50,251 nt of DNA from Octopus bimaculoides (lineage: Eukaryota), in contig NC_068987.1 of NCBI RefSeq assembly GCF_001194135.2, positions 91,536,463 to 91,586,713 on the forward strand, read 5' to 3'. Below, one piece after another: positions 24,665 through 35,273 of this stretch. Made by a program: the position numbers and the translations under genes. Within the stretch, counting starts at the first letter, position 1, and each line of letters begins with the position of its first letter. The notes under the pieces are model-generated. The model was not told the DNA's origin, did not search any database, and was given only the letters and a program-made list of their open reading frames with translations.

Positions 24665-25194
24665 TAATTATTCAGTTTTATTTCAAGATTTCTTGCCAAT
24701 GGAGAAAGAGCCGGTTTCTAACCTAGATCCAAGGCTCCTTCATTGGGATATCAACATTAGCAAAAGGGTATTTTTGTATGTATGTATGTATGTATGCATG
24801 TATGTATGTATGTATGTATGTATGTATGTATGTATGTGTGTATGTATGTATGTATGTGTGCAGATTTGTATGTGTTGTTTTACGTATATATTTAAATGAT
24901 TAAATTCCGGAAGCTTTACAGATTTCTACAGTTCCACCGATGGCTTGGATTTGTAGTCTTCGAATCAGGTTTCTCCTTTCTGGTTTTCTGGAGCCTAATT
25001 TCTCATGATTACACTTTAGGCAGTGCGCTACATATCCCAGGGCCCCAATAACTACAGCTATAAATCTGAACTTGTAATCTGAAGAGAGTAACTGTAGTTT
25101 TCTCAACAGAACAGCGTAAGTACTTTTTTTCACTGATCAGCTTCATGTTAACGTACACTGGGCAGCTGCTTTCCACAACTCTACACAGCTTCTC
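24665..25194 (-). mobile_element. RLE non-LTR retrotransposon 3' fragment (R4/Dong-like C-terminus plus probable 3' UTR with internal (CATA)n)
   Basis: VESSCPVYVNMKLISEKKSTYAVLLRKLQLLSSDYKFRFIAVVIGALGYV..LG..E...LIRRLQIQAIGGTVEICK follows the E.SCP...EK...Y..L ... IIIGALG RLE C-terminus pattern. The UTR extent (to about 24665) is inferred. Confidence 0.72.
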
Positions 25195-25265
25195 GTATGT
25201 ATGTATGTATGTATGTATGTATGTATGTATGTATGTATGTATGTATGTATGTATATGTATGTATG

Positions 25266-25299
<34 letters not shown>

Positions 25300-25305
25300 T
25301 GTATG

Positions 25306-25347
<42 letters not shown>
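25195..25347. repeat. (TATG)n then (TC)n microsatellites bordering a gap
   Basis: Direct reading. Confidence 0.97.
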
Positions 25348-26731
25348 NNNNNNNNNNNNNNNNNNNNNNNNNNNNNNNNNNNNNNNNNNNNNNNNNNNNN
25401 NNNNNNNNNNNNNNNNNNNNNNNNNNNNNNNNNNNNNNNNNNNNNNNNNNNNNNNNNNNNNNNNNNNNNNNNNNNNNNNNNNNNNNNNNNNNNNNNNNNN
25501 NNNNNNNNNNNNNNNNNNNNNNNNNNNNNNNNNNNNNNNNNNNNNNNNNNNNNNNNNNNNNNNNNNNNNNNNNNNNNNNNNNNNNNNNNNNNNNNNNNNN
25601 NNNNNNNNNNNNNNNNNNNNNNNNNNNNNNNNNNNNNNNNNNNNNNNNNNNNNNNNNNNNNNNNNNNNNNNNNNNNNNNNNNNNNNNNNNNNNNNNNNNN
25701 NNNNNNNNNNNNNNNNNNNNNNNNNNNNNNNNNNNNNNNNNNNNNNNNNNNNNNNNNNNNNNNNNNNNNNNNNNNNNNNNNNNNNNNNNNNNNNNNNNNN
25801 NNNNNNNNNNNNNNNNNNNNNNNNNNNNNNNNNNNNNNNNNNNNNNNNNNNNNNNNNNNNNNNNNNNNNNNNNNNNNNNNNNNNNNNNNNNNNNNNNNNN
25901 NNNNNNNNNNNNNNNNNNNNNNNNNNNNNNNNNNNNNNNNNNNNNNNNNNNNNNNNNNNNNNNNNNNNNNNNNNNNNNNNNNNNNNNNNNNNNNNNNNNN
26001 NNNNNNNNNNNNNNNNNNNNNNNNNNNNNNNNNNNNNNNATATATATATATATATATAGCTGAGGTAGGTGTGTTCTGTTAAGAACTTATAAGAGTACAA
26101 ATAGAGCTCGTTCACTCTTAGAATTTCCAAAGAACCGGTAGTATTCTTATGATATGATATTTGCATTATGATGTGTCATATTCGTATATATGATATATTT
26201 GCATTATATGTCATATTTCTATATATGACTGGGGTCGATGTAATCAATTTAGCACCCCCACCCCAAATAGTCCCTTTTGCAAAAAATTGAAACCCGTATA
26301 GACCGATGTACCGGGTACTCTTGCACAATTAACTGAAAGTGTCAATTTGAACGAATCGTGTTTTGAACACACGGATACGAGAGCTAGAAATGAAACTACA
26401 ATCCATACCCACCGTCTGGCAACCCCCCGGTGCTTTTATCTTTGAGATTCTGAGATTTTTAAAGGTTTATGTGTGTCAGTTTTTTTTGTATGGAAAAGTA
26501 TAAAACAATCATTAACAAATTTAGATAAGACGCACTGCATTGATACATTTGAAGAACATTAATGAAACTCTAACAATGCTTACGTGGACTTAAGGACTTT
26601 CGGTAATTTTGGGGTTATTGGTGAAGTGAAGCATTTTTTATATGAAGAAATGTGTGCGTTTAGACAAAGTCACTGATATTATTTACATTATTTACATTTG
26701 ACGGATATTTATCCTCATCTTGTTTGTTTTT

Positions 26732-26777
26732 ATCACAACGTTTCGGCTGATATACCCGCCAGCCTTCATCAGATGAC
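26732..26777 (-). ncRNA. Minimal type I hammerhead ribozyme motif
   Basis: Minus strand: GUCAU-CUGAUGA-A-GGCUG-gcggguauau-CAGCC-GAAA-C-GUU-GUGAU. Helix I GUCAU/GUGAU pairs fully (two GU wobbles). Helix II is a 5-bp Watson-Crick stem. Both core boxes are intact, helix III is the palindrome AACGUU, and the cleavage triplet is GUU. Activity untested. Confidence 0.75.
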
Positions 26778-26812
26778 TAGGGGAAATTTCGAACCTGAGT
26801 TTTCATTCTTAA

Positions 26813-27034
26813 CCCTTTAGCATTTAAACCGGCCATATCTGACCAAAAGTATTCTGCCTGTTTTATATTCAAACTGGCCAGATCTGGTCTCTCACACCAA
26901 CCCTACAATATCATTTCAGAAATTAACAGCTACCTCATCAAAATCTCATAGCTACAAGATAATGCATGATTAGTTCAAAACAATGTGGATAAAAAAAGCA
27001 TTAATTTTGGCAGAATAATGCGAACACTAAAGGG
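26813..27034. mobile_element. piggyBac-type MITE (222 bp), nested in SINE D
   Basis: TTAA duplicated at 26809-26812 and 27035-27038. Termini CCCTTTAG...CTAAAGGG, with imperfect inverted identity extending a few more bases. No ORF. Confidence 0.85.
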
Positions 27035-28489
27035 TTAAGGTATTGTTCGATGTTATTACTATTATTCAGGTCACTGCCTGGAATTGAACTCGGAATCTTG
27101 AGGTTAGTAGCCCGCGCTCTTAACCACTACGCCATATGCCCGTCAAATGTAAATATTATAAATAATGTACATAATTCCTCATCTCTGAAATACAAAACTG
27201 TATTTAAATTCACTGATGGAGTGGAATTCTGTTTTAGCAGCNNNNNNNNNNNNNNNNNNNNNNNNNNNNNNNNNNNNNNNNNNNNNNNNNNNNNNNNNNN
27301 NNNNNNNNNNNNNNNNNNNNNNNNNNNNNNNNNNNNNNNNNNNNNNNNNNNNNNNNNNNNNNNNNNNNNNNNNNNNNNNNNNNNNNNNNNNNNNNNNNNN
27401 NNNNNNNNNNNNNNNNNNNNNNNNNNNNNNNNNNNNNNNNNNNNNNNNNNNNNNNNNNNNNNNNNNNNNNNNACATACACACACAGAAACACACACACAC
27501 ACACACACACACATACCCACACAGAAACACACTCACACGTACACACGCACACTCATACACGCACACGCGCACACAGAGGCATTCACAGACACACAATCAC
27601 CGTTGTTTTCCGTTTAGGACACTGAAAACTCCAAGGAACATCGCAAACAAACAAGCATCAAATATAAATAATGGAAGGAAAAAAATAACGACGACGACAA
27701 GCTAACGACAATAATCTATCTGCTGCCAGAAATAGTCCAATGGTTTTCGATTAAACTAACTTTTCTGAGTCATGATCATCAACAGTGATTTACGAGCGTT
27801 TCACAATTCTTAATGTTGCATAGAATCGAATTGATTGTGTGTCGCTATTTGCAACCAGTGGCGAGAGTGTGTGTGATTTAAACAAGGCATGCCTTACCAT
27901 TAATAGGGTGGCAAGTCACATGATTTGGCAACATGCATCATTGGAAATCAGTATTTCCGGAACTATTCCGTACGCATCAACCATTCTGGCAGCAGCAGTC
28001 GCAGCACCAGTAGCAGCAGAGAAAACCAGAAAAAAATGTTTGATAAAAAACAAGAAGTAAAAGAATATATGTATGGAAAACAGTTGCGTATGTTTTCTGT
28101 GCAATGGAATTTTATCTGAGCTGTCGTAAATGGCATGTGTGGTGGTGTTGGAGTGGTGGATATATTAGGTGTTTGTGGTTACGTGTTGAAGTCTAGCTGA
28201 GGGTTAGATGTCCCAACGGTGGCGAACATAGCGACGGAAGATGTTTGAGCTTGTAGTACTGTTGTGCAGTCGAAATTAAATTCTATGACTGCGGTTGACT
28301 TATGTCGATGTTCTACTCTTGGTAGCAGAGTTTAGTTATATCTTGGGCTTTTGGTGGAGGTGTACATTGTCGTCAAGTGTGCTGGCTTCAATGTAAAAGT
28401 GTAGTTATATTCTTTCTCTACAGTAAAGTCTAATAGTAGTTTTAGTTTAGTGGAGATGGTATCAGATTGTAATTTCATATTGAAGCTAT

Positions 28490-28685
28490 GATATTGATGA
28501 CTTTTTTGATCAATAGGATGAAAATGTCTTCACCACCGGGATCCAAGCACTATGACACCAATGGAAAATGTGTGTGGTTCGCAAGGGGGAGGGGGAGGGG
28601 GGGCTGTGCTGAAAAATAAACCTCATTTGATCACATTTCATGAGTGTTTCTTTGTCAGTCTATGAACATTTCAGCTGATCCTTGT
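28490..28685 (+). mobile_element. mariner transposon 3' end remnant
   Basis: DDFFDQ*DENVFTTGIQAL*HQWKMCVVRKG..EK is a mariner transposase C-terminus (W.KC...G.Y.EK pattern). It is followed by a TIR-like end, gaacatttcagctgatccttgt. Confidence 0.6.
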
Positions 28686-29286
28686 CGATCTCATAATCTT
28701 TTCATTAATTAAGTGCTTTCAACCCAAAGCCTGCACTAATTTGTATTCCCAACCCAGATTCCGTCGTACAACTTGCTGATTTTCCCCTGCAAACTCCAAA
28801 TTAAATTACTCAGAGCTGAATATTAGACCTATCAATGTCACCAAGTAAGAGCCCTTACAATGGTCATAGTAACTAAAGCCATTTAAAATATTTTTAGCAT
28901 TTCGTTTGTCTGTGCTAGGTTTTTAATGTGAAGCTTCACTCGAAGGGATGTTCATTTGTGTTGTGACAATAACAGAGAGGCTAAACTTGGCAGATGCTGC
29001 CGTAACAGTTTTCTGTGATTGGCTTTGAAAAAGAAGTGAAAGTGGGTCCGAAGAGAGTGGTATAAGGATTTCAATAAGATAGAGTGTGATATGGCGTCTG
29101 GATTTATGATTTGATGAGGTGTGGAAACATCTTGTAGTACAGGTTACAACCAGGAAGAAAATAGGTCTTTGTGGATATCCATTTGGGGATTGGAAATTTC
29201 TAGATATGAAGAATCGGATACTGTTGAACATATAATTAGTAGGAGGTTGATTTATAAGACAGAATGGCATGGCTGGGGCCTTTGTA

Positions 29287-29570
29287 CGAGGGAGAATCAT
29301 AAATTATACGTGCTCTTGCTTTTTCAATGTATTTACACAAAAGCAGGGGTTAAACAAGTGCGCCATTTTTCTCTATAATCTCCTTCTTTTTCGATGCACT
29401 TGGTCTAGCGGTCCACAAGCTTGCACATTCTCTCCAAGAAGGTTTTCGGTTGGTTGTGCAACCATTTACGCACCGCTTCCTTCAAATCTTCATCCGTAGG
29501 AAATCGACGACACTATAAACTATCTTTTTGAGCGGTCCGAAGATGTGTATATGATTTAGGATCTTATCAT
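29287..29570 (-). mobile_element. mariner transposon 3' end remnant (second family)
   Basis: Minus strand: HIFGPLK/DSL*CRRFPTDEDLKEAVRKWLHNQPKTFLERMCKLVDR*TKCIEKEGDYREK. Terminus TA|CGAGGG at 29285-29292, typical of mariner TIRs. Confidence 0.82.
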
Positions 29571-30829
29571 CTGGAATGCCATGTGCTGTGACGCATTCCC
29601 CTGCGGCAACCTGATGTGTTTAGCCTAGGCTCCGCTGCTCGTCAGGCCGAGAAGGGTAAAGTATCGGTCGCTTTTTGACAGATCCGTGACCAAACGTGTG
29701 GTAGTGGAGGCCTCCGGAGTTCTCGGCCCCTCGACCACATCCCTGCTCACAGCTATTGGGGTGGTGGGGGATGACTAACTGCAAGTGCAACGTAATAATC
29801 TCATTTTGTTCTTGAATTTACAAATTTAGCTTAGACTGCTATTTCTAGTTGGGTGCACAACTATACAGAAGCGCTCTCGCTTTTTGTGGTGTACTTACCT
29901 TTTGTCCCCCATTTTCATAAAAAAAGTCACTTTCAACTCGATCCAAAGTTTGTGTTATTCCTTTCTGTCATTACTTTCTCTGACCGGTATTGTACGGTCA
30001 CCATCCCATAATTATTCAAAGTTTGTATAAGAGTGATGTGTTCAATAAATTTAGCTAATTTTAAGACTGTACGGGGAAGACTCACGGTTATTTAGCAGCT
30101 GCTTCTATTAGGCTAAGTGATACCCTTAGACGCTTCGCTGTGAGTTGTAACCAAGTAGCTCTAAGTGGTCCAATTGTGTGCACGACAAGATACATATGGT
30201 GTTCTGAATATGGTCCCTATTGTCAGGATGTGATGTGATGGTACTTGTTAAGGGATAAATAGCATTGTGCTGATAGTTACAGGAGTACATCTCTTTCGGC
30301 GTGTGTTCCATTTCTGTTTGGTGCTCTTCACTTATGGAGGTGAAATAGTATCTGCATGCGAGTTCCGCTTCTCAAGAAGTAACATGGTGGCGATAGTTGT
30401 AGTGACCGTGGCTGCAATGGCGATCTTCATAATGATGGTGGAAGTGGTACCGTTGAAATGGATGGTAGATTTTGTGAACAAGTGTATTTGAGATGTGTTA
30501 GGTCTTATTGCTTGTCGCTGTATGGTTTCAGTGAGTATGCTGATAATTTCGGATCGATCAGAGAATGAAAGATTCTATGTATCAATACGTCAGCTTATGT
30601 ATTACGATATTTATACATAACGGGTGGGATCGATAAATCAAGTAAACGTTGGCGAACCTGATGCGCATGGACGGATAGATAGAAGCTTGCCATCAATTAA
30701 ATATATGCGATATACATAAATACAATAACACTCACACACACTGATGAACGATTCGATATTGCTATATGGGAAGAGAAACGAGATGCTGGATGGATAGTTC
30801 CCTGAAAGGCTTTAAAGCACGAGCACATT

Positions 30830-30935
30830 TCTATCTATCTGTCTGTCTGTCTGTCTGCCTGTCTTTCTCTCGTCCTGTCTCTCCTTATATATCTATGTGT
30901 GTCTATTTTTCATCTACCTATCCTTCTACTTGCCT

Positions 30936-30980
<45 letters not shown>

Positions 30981-31014
30981 ACTTCTCTCTCTATTTCTCT
31001 ATCCCTCTACCTAC

Positions 31015-31088
<74 letters not shown>

Positions 31089-31125
31089 GTATGTATGTAT
31101 GTATGTATGTATGTATGTATGTCTG
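30830..31125. repeat. Compound (TCTG)/(TC)/(TATC)/(TATG) microsatellite
   Basis: Direct reading. Confidence 0.95.
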
Positions 31126-32334
31126 CCTGTAGGTGTGTGAAGCTCATTTGAAATCCTGTGGTCATAACCATTACGGTGATCCATCGACTGTTTTTAACAG
31201 CCTTTGTTACATTTCGAGTCAGAAAGTTCCGCCATTAAATCTCTTTATAAGTCAGTTAACAGCCAGGATAAGTCATCATCAGGTGTAAATTTAGGACATA
31301 AATTACTTAACAACCTATGCATTACACCAAACATTGTAAAATAGATGATATAAAGTAACTTAAATAAGAATAAGCAAATGTCAAACATTGTGTAATGAAA
31401 TCAGATTAAATTATTTTTCCCGCACTTACATCGGCCTTCATTAATAATCATATTATTTGGTGTTGATTGAAAAGGAAGTTCGATATGGGCGTCTTTATTA
31501 TATAAGGTATACGTTTCCATTTGAACATGCTCAAAACTATGCACGATGTGATCCACGTGACAGAGATGGCGATTTTTCAAAAACAAAAAATATAAAATAA
31601 AAGTAAAACAAAAGAAAAAGAAAGGAAAACTTCTGGACGCCTTCAATAATCCGGTTCTTCTGTTCCTGCCGGAGTTTAAGCTTCTGCGAGAATGAAGGCA
31701 TTTCGTTCGTTACTCTTCACATCCATGAACAAGCTCCAATCTCTTCCTAAACAATCCAGGAGCTCAGCCTCCGGTCAACTTAGAGACAAGTAAATCTCGT
31801 ATTCACGAAAAATGGACATGAAGGCCCATGGGCGAGGAATCCATCTTTTGCTGACGGTCACCACATGGATTTCTCGTTCATCTTCCGTTTATATTTTCCC
31901 TGAAGTCCCTTACTCTTTAGGGTTGCTTTTTTATAATGTTTTATGTGCGTTGTGACATTTACATGACTTCTATGTGTGATGAAATGCTATTCATTAAAGC
32001 GATGCTGTTGATTGTGATAATTGTAGTTTGGGATATTGTACTCCATTTTTGTTTATTTACTGTTTATGTTTACGGACCTGGAATATAGGATTTCTTCTCT
32101 TTTGTTTGTGTTGGGGGATGCGTCCATGGCCCTGATTTGATTCTGGTTGTGATAGTGGTAGGGGTGGTGGTGACAGGGTGATGGCTTTGATTGCTTCTGG
32201 TGTAGCTGTAGCTGGCCAACGATGATGTTGAGGCATCTTTGCTTAAACGCATCTCCCCCGTTTGTTGATATCTCCCAGACCTTTTGACCGATGTCTTTTT
32301 TTTTATTCTTTTTCTTTTTCTCAATTTTGTAGTG

Positions 32335-32516
32335 TTTACCATTCAGATATTGTTGTTGTAGCTGTTGCTGTCGTTGCTGCTGTTATATTTCTTTCTGCTA
32401 ATTTTCCAGCGTTGTGTGTGTGTGTGTGTNNNNNNNNNNTTTACCATTTAGATATTGTTGTTGTAGCTGTTGCTGTCGTTGCTGCTGTTATGTTTCTTTC
32501 TGCTAATTTTCCAGCG

Positions 32517-32530
<14 letters not shown>
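32335..32530. other. Probable assembly artefact: the same ~85-bp sequence on both sides of a 10-N gap
   Basis: 32335-32429 and 32440-about 32530 differ at two positions (cattCag/cattTag; ttatAtttc/ttatGtttc), and both run into (TG)n. This fits two haplotypes placed in tandem. Confidence 0.7.
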
Positions 32531-32571
<41 letters not shown>

Positions 32572-32753
32572 CTTGGACATTGCTCTTGGACATTCGCCCC
32601 AATGTTTTTGAATACGTTTCTAAATCAGTGTTAATTACTCTGACGCATTAGTTTCCTACATATAACACTTCGAGCCGTGTCGAAAGTGAATATGTCAATT
32701 TAGCCATGCTAAACATGGAGGTCTCAAGATGGCTACAAGAATTCGAATATAAT

Positions 32754-33028
32754 GAACACTCGTGGATTAGTGGTTACGGTAGTCGCTTTACGATCGTAAA
32801 GTCTTGGTTCCCATTCCTGGTCTCACGTTGCGCCCGTGAGCAAGAAACTTTATTAATCGTACCTGTATTTCAGAGGGCCAAACTTTGACACGCTGTATCT
32901 CCCTGGGAACTACGTTAAGGGTACGCGCGTCTGTGGAGTGCTCATCCACTTTCACATCAGTTTCACGAGCGGGCCGTTCCGTTGATCGCATCAACTGGGA
33001 CTCTGGTCGTCGTAACCGACTGAGTTCC
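32754..33028 (+). mobile_element. SINE family C copy
   Basis: Degenerate A/B boxes (tggattagtggtt; ggttcccattcc). Body homologous to 18751-19051. Confidence 0.8.
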
Positions 33029-33560
33029 GGTTGGCTTTCGAACTTCGGGTGCCATAACTAAGTGAATCCCTTCCAAGCTGTATACCAGCACGGCCATCAT
33101 TTAATGTATGATAACTGTAGAAATAGTAAAAGCATAAATTTGAATAGAAAATGTATTTCTCCAAGAAGAAATGAAAATTTATCTTAAATTGACAACATAG
33201 GCATAATGAAAGAAAAGCTAAAATATAGAAAGATAAAAAAAAAGCAACAACAACCAAAAACAGACCAATGCAAAACCGCACAGAATGGAGAGAATAAAAA
33301 TACGAACCCAGCATAATGAAATGCATAAAACAAAGTAGAAAAGAATCGTAGAAAATATAGATATCAGATAATATTATAATTCTGGTCATAATATTTCCAA
33401 AGACGACTTAAAATTGGGTTATTATGTATTTTAGTGTTTTCCTGCTTTTTTGCTTCGTTTTGAATTCCTTTAAGAAATTTATTCCTTTTTCTTCTTTCGT
33501 TCTTGTCTATTTCTACTTCATTTGCTCTAAGCAAAATGTCTATCCATTTTACTCTTATCA

Positions 33561-33563
<3 letters not shown>

Positions 33564-33612
<49 letters not shown>

Positions 33613-33770
33613 TTCCCTCTCTCTTTCTCTCTCTCTTTCTCTCTCCTCTTTCTCTCAGTCTCTCATTCTGCATTATATGTATATACATATATATATTTAC
33701 ATGTATGTGTGCATATATATGTATATATATATATATAGATATATAAGCATATATGTGCATATATGTAAGC

Positions 33771-33802
<32 letters not shown>

Positions 33803-34422
33803 AGATATATATATATATATATACATATATTTATACATATATGCACATATATATAATGTGCATAAATACATACTGAAACACACACGCATATATATGTGTG
33901 TTTACCTATAAATATATATGTGTATGAATATATATTTACACTTAGCTATGTATTTATGTTCATATCTATATCCATGTATATAATCTGCTCATTTATGTCT
34001 ACATGTGTGTATACATACATACACATATACATACATACATATATATCTATATATATATATATAAGTATATATACATATATATGTATATACATATAAGTAT
34101 ATATACATATATATATGTATATATATATAAGTATATATACATATATATATATGTATATATATATATATTTATATATTGTTATATCATATATTTGAATATA
34201 TATACATATATATGTGTGTGTGTGAGTGTGTTTCTATGTGTTTGTGTGGGTGTTTGAGCATGTGCGCTCTTGTCTCTATGTTTGTATGTTTGCGTGTGTT
34301 CGTGTGTGCGTGTGTGTGTGTGAGTGTGTATGCGTAAGTACATACATAATTATATACATACGTCCATTTAAACCATACATATAATCATAAGTGCATTTAC
34401 ATAATTACCTCACACACACACG

Positions 34423-34484
<62 letters not shown>

Positions 34485-34490
34485 TGCATG
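33564..34490. repeat. Long compound (TC)n / (TA)n-rich / (TG)n / (CA)n low-complexity block
   Basis: Direct reading. Confidence 0.92.
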
Positions 34491-34808
34491 CATATATTAA
34501 TTTCCATACATTTCCAAGCCTTCACTTATTCTATTACTCGTGGCTGGGAATATTTAAGTAGATAATGGAGAGACTGAAATATATTTTGGCGATAGCATTG
34601 ATGATGATGCTACGGCTGATTGTGGTGGTTATAAAGCTGTGTGCTTGTGAGGCTGTTCTCGTTGTTGTTGCTGTTGTTGTTTATCGAGGTAGCAATTTCA
34701 GTAATGGTTCGGGGGCTGGAGTGGGAGATGATATTTACTGTAGTTAGAAAACTAACGATCGTGTTTACGTTCGTGTTGAATGCGTTGATTTTAGTTATAG
34801 CATTAAAT

Positions 34809-35273
34809 CATTTATCTTTTACTTGTTTCAGCCATTAGGCTGCGGCCATGCTGGGGCACCGCATTGAAGAACTTTTATTCAAATGAATCGATGCCAGGGC
34901 TTAATTGTTTTAGAGCCAAGCGCTTATTCCATCTGCCGTTTGCCGAATCGCTAGCTCAGGGGGAGGGACGTAAGCACACAAACACCGGTTACTAGACAGT
35001 GGTAGGGAGACACACACAGACATACATACCCACGTGTACACATACAAACACATATACATACACTTAGGTACACATACGCACACAGACATACATACACACA
35101 AGTACACACACTCATATGTGACGGGCTTCTTTCCGTCTACCAAATGCAGTCACAAGGCTTTGGTCTGCACGAGACTATACTAGAAAGCACTTGCCGAAGG
35201 TGTCTCACAGTGGGACTGATACCGGATCCATATAGTTTTGAAGCAAGCTTCTTACCACAGAGCCACGCTTATG
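34809..35273 (-). mobile_element. SINE family A copy with degenerate internal (CA/CATA)n
   Basis: Tail ctgcggccatgctggggcaccgc, core gacgggcttctttccgtctaccaaat..cacaaggctttggtc, head cagtgggactga..aagcaagcttcttaccacagagccac. Confidence 0.85.

Larger units (their letters stand above)
26678..27202 (-). mobile_element. SINE family D: tRNA-like head plus hammerhead-bearing (Penelope-type) tail, with an inverted tail copy on the + strand (27140-27202)
   Basis: Minus-strand A box tggcgtagtgg (27124-27134) and B box gagttcaattcc (27080-27091). Hammerhead core at 26732-26777. 27-bp inverted repeat 26678-26704 / 27140-27166 (25/27). Confidence 0.78.

Noticed and set aside
26295-26480. Possible Tc1/mariner-derived MITE remnant
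   Set aside because: No matching pair of TIRs or TSD could be located.
27068-27142. tRNA gene (Ser/Thr-like) on the minus strand
   Set aside because: A and B boxes are present, but the acceptor and T stems have several mismatches and the sequence continues into a repeat body. It is a SINE head.
30180-30330. Possible second GIY-YIG/Penelope remnant on the minus strand
   Set aside because: Only scattered Cys/Tyr hints across frameshifts.
32070-32342. GC-richer stretch with long open frames on the minus strand (DIGQKVWEISTNGGDAFKQRCLNIIVG..)
   Set aside because: No splice acceptor context and no recognisable family.
32335-32530. Tandem duplication of about 85 bp as a biological event
   Set aside because: The copies straddle a 10-N gap and differ at two sites, which is more simply explained by unmerged haplotypes. 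Long reads would decide.
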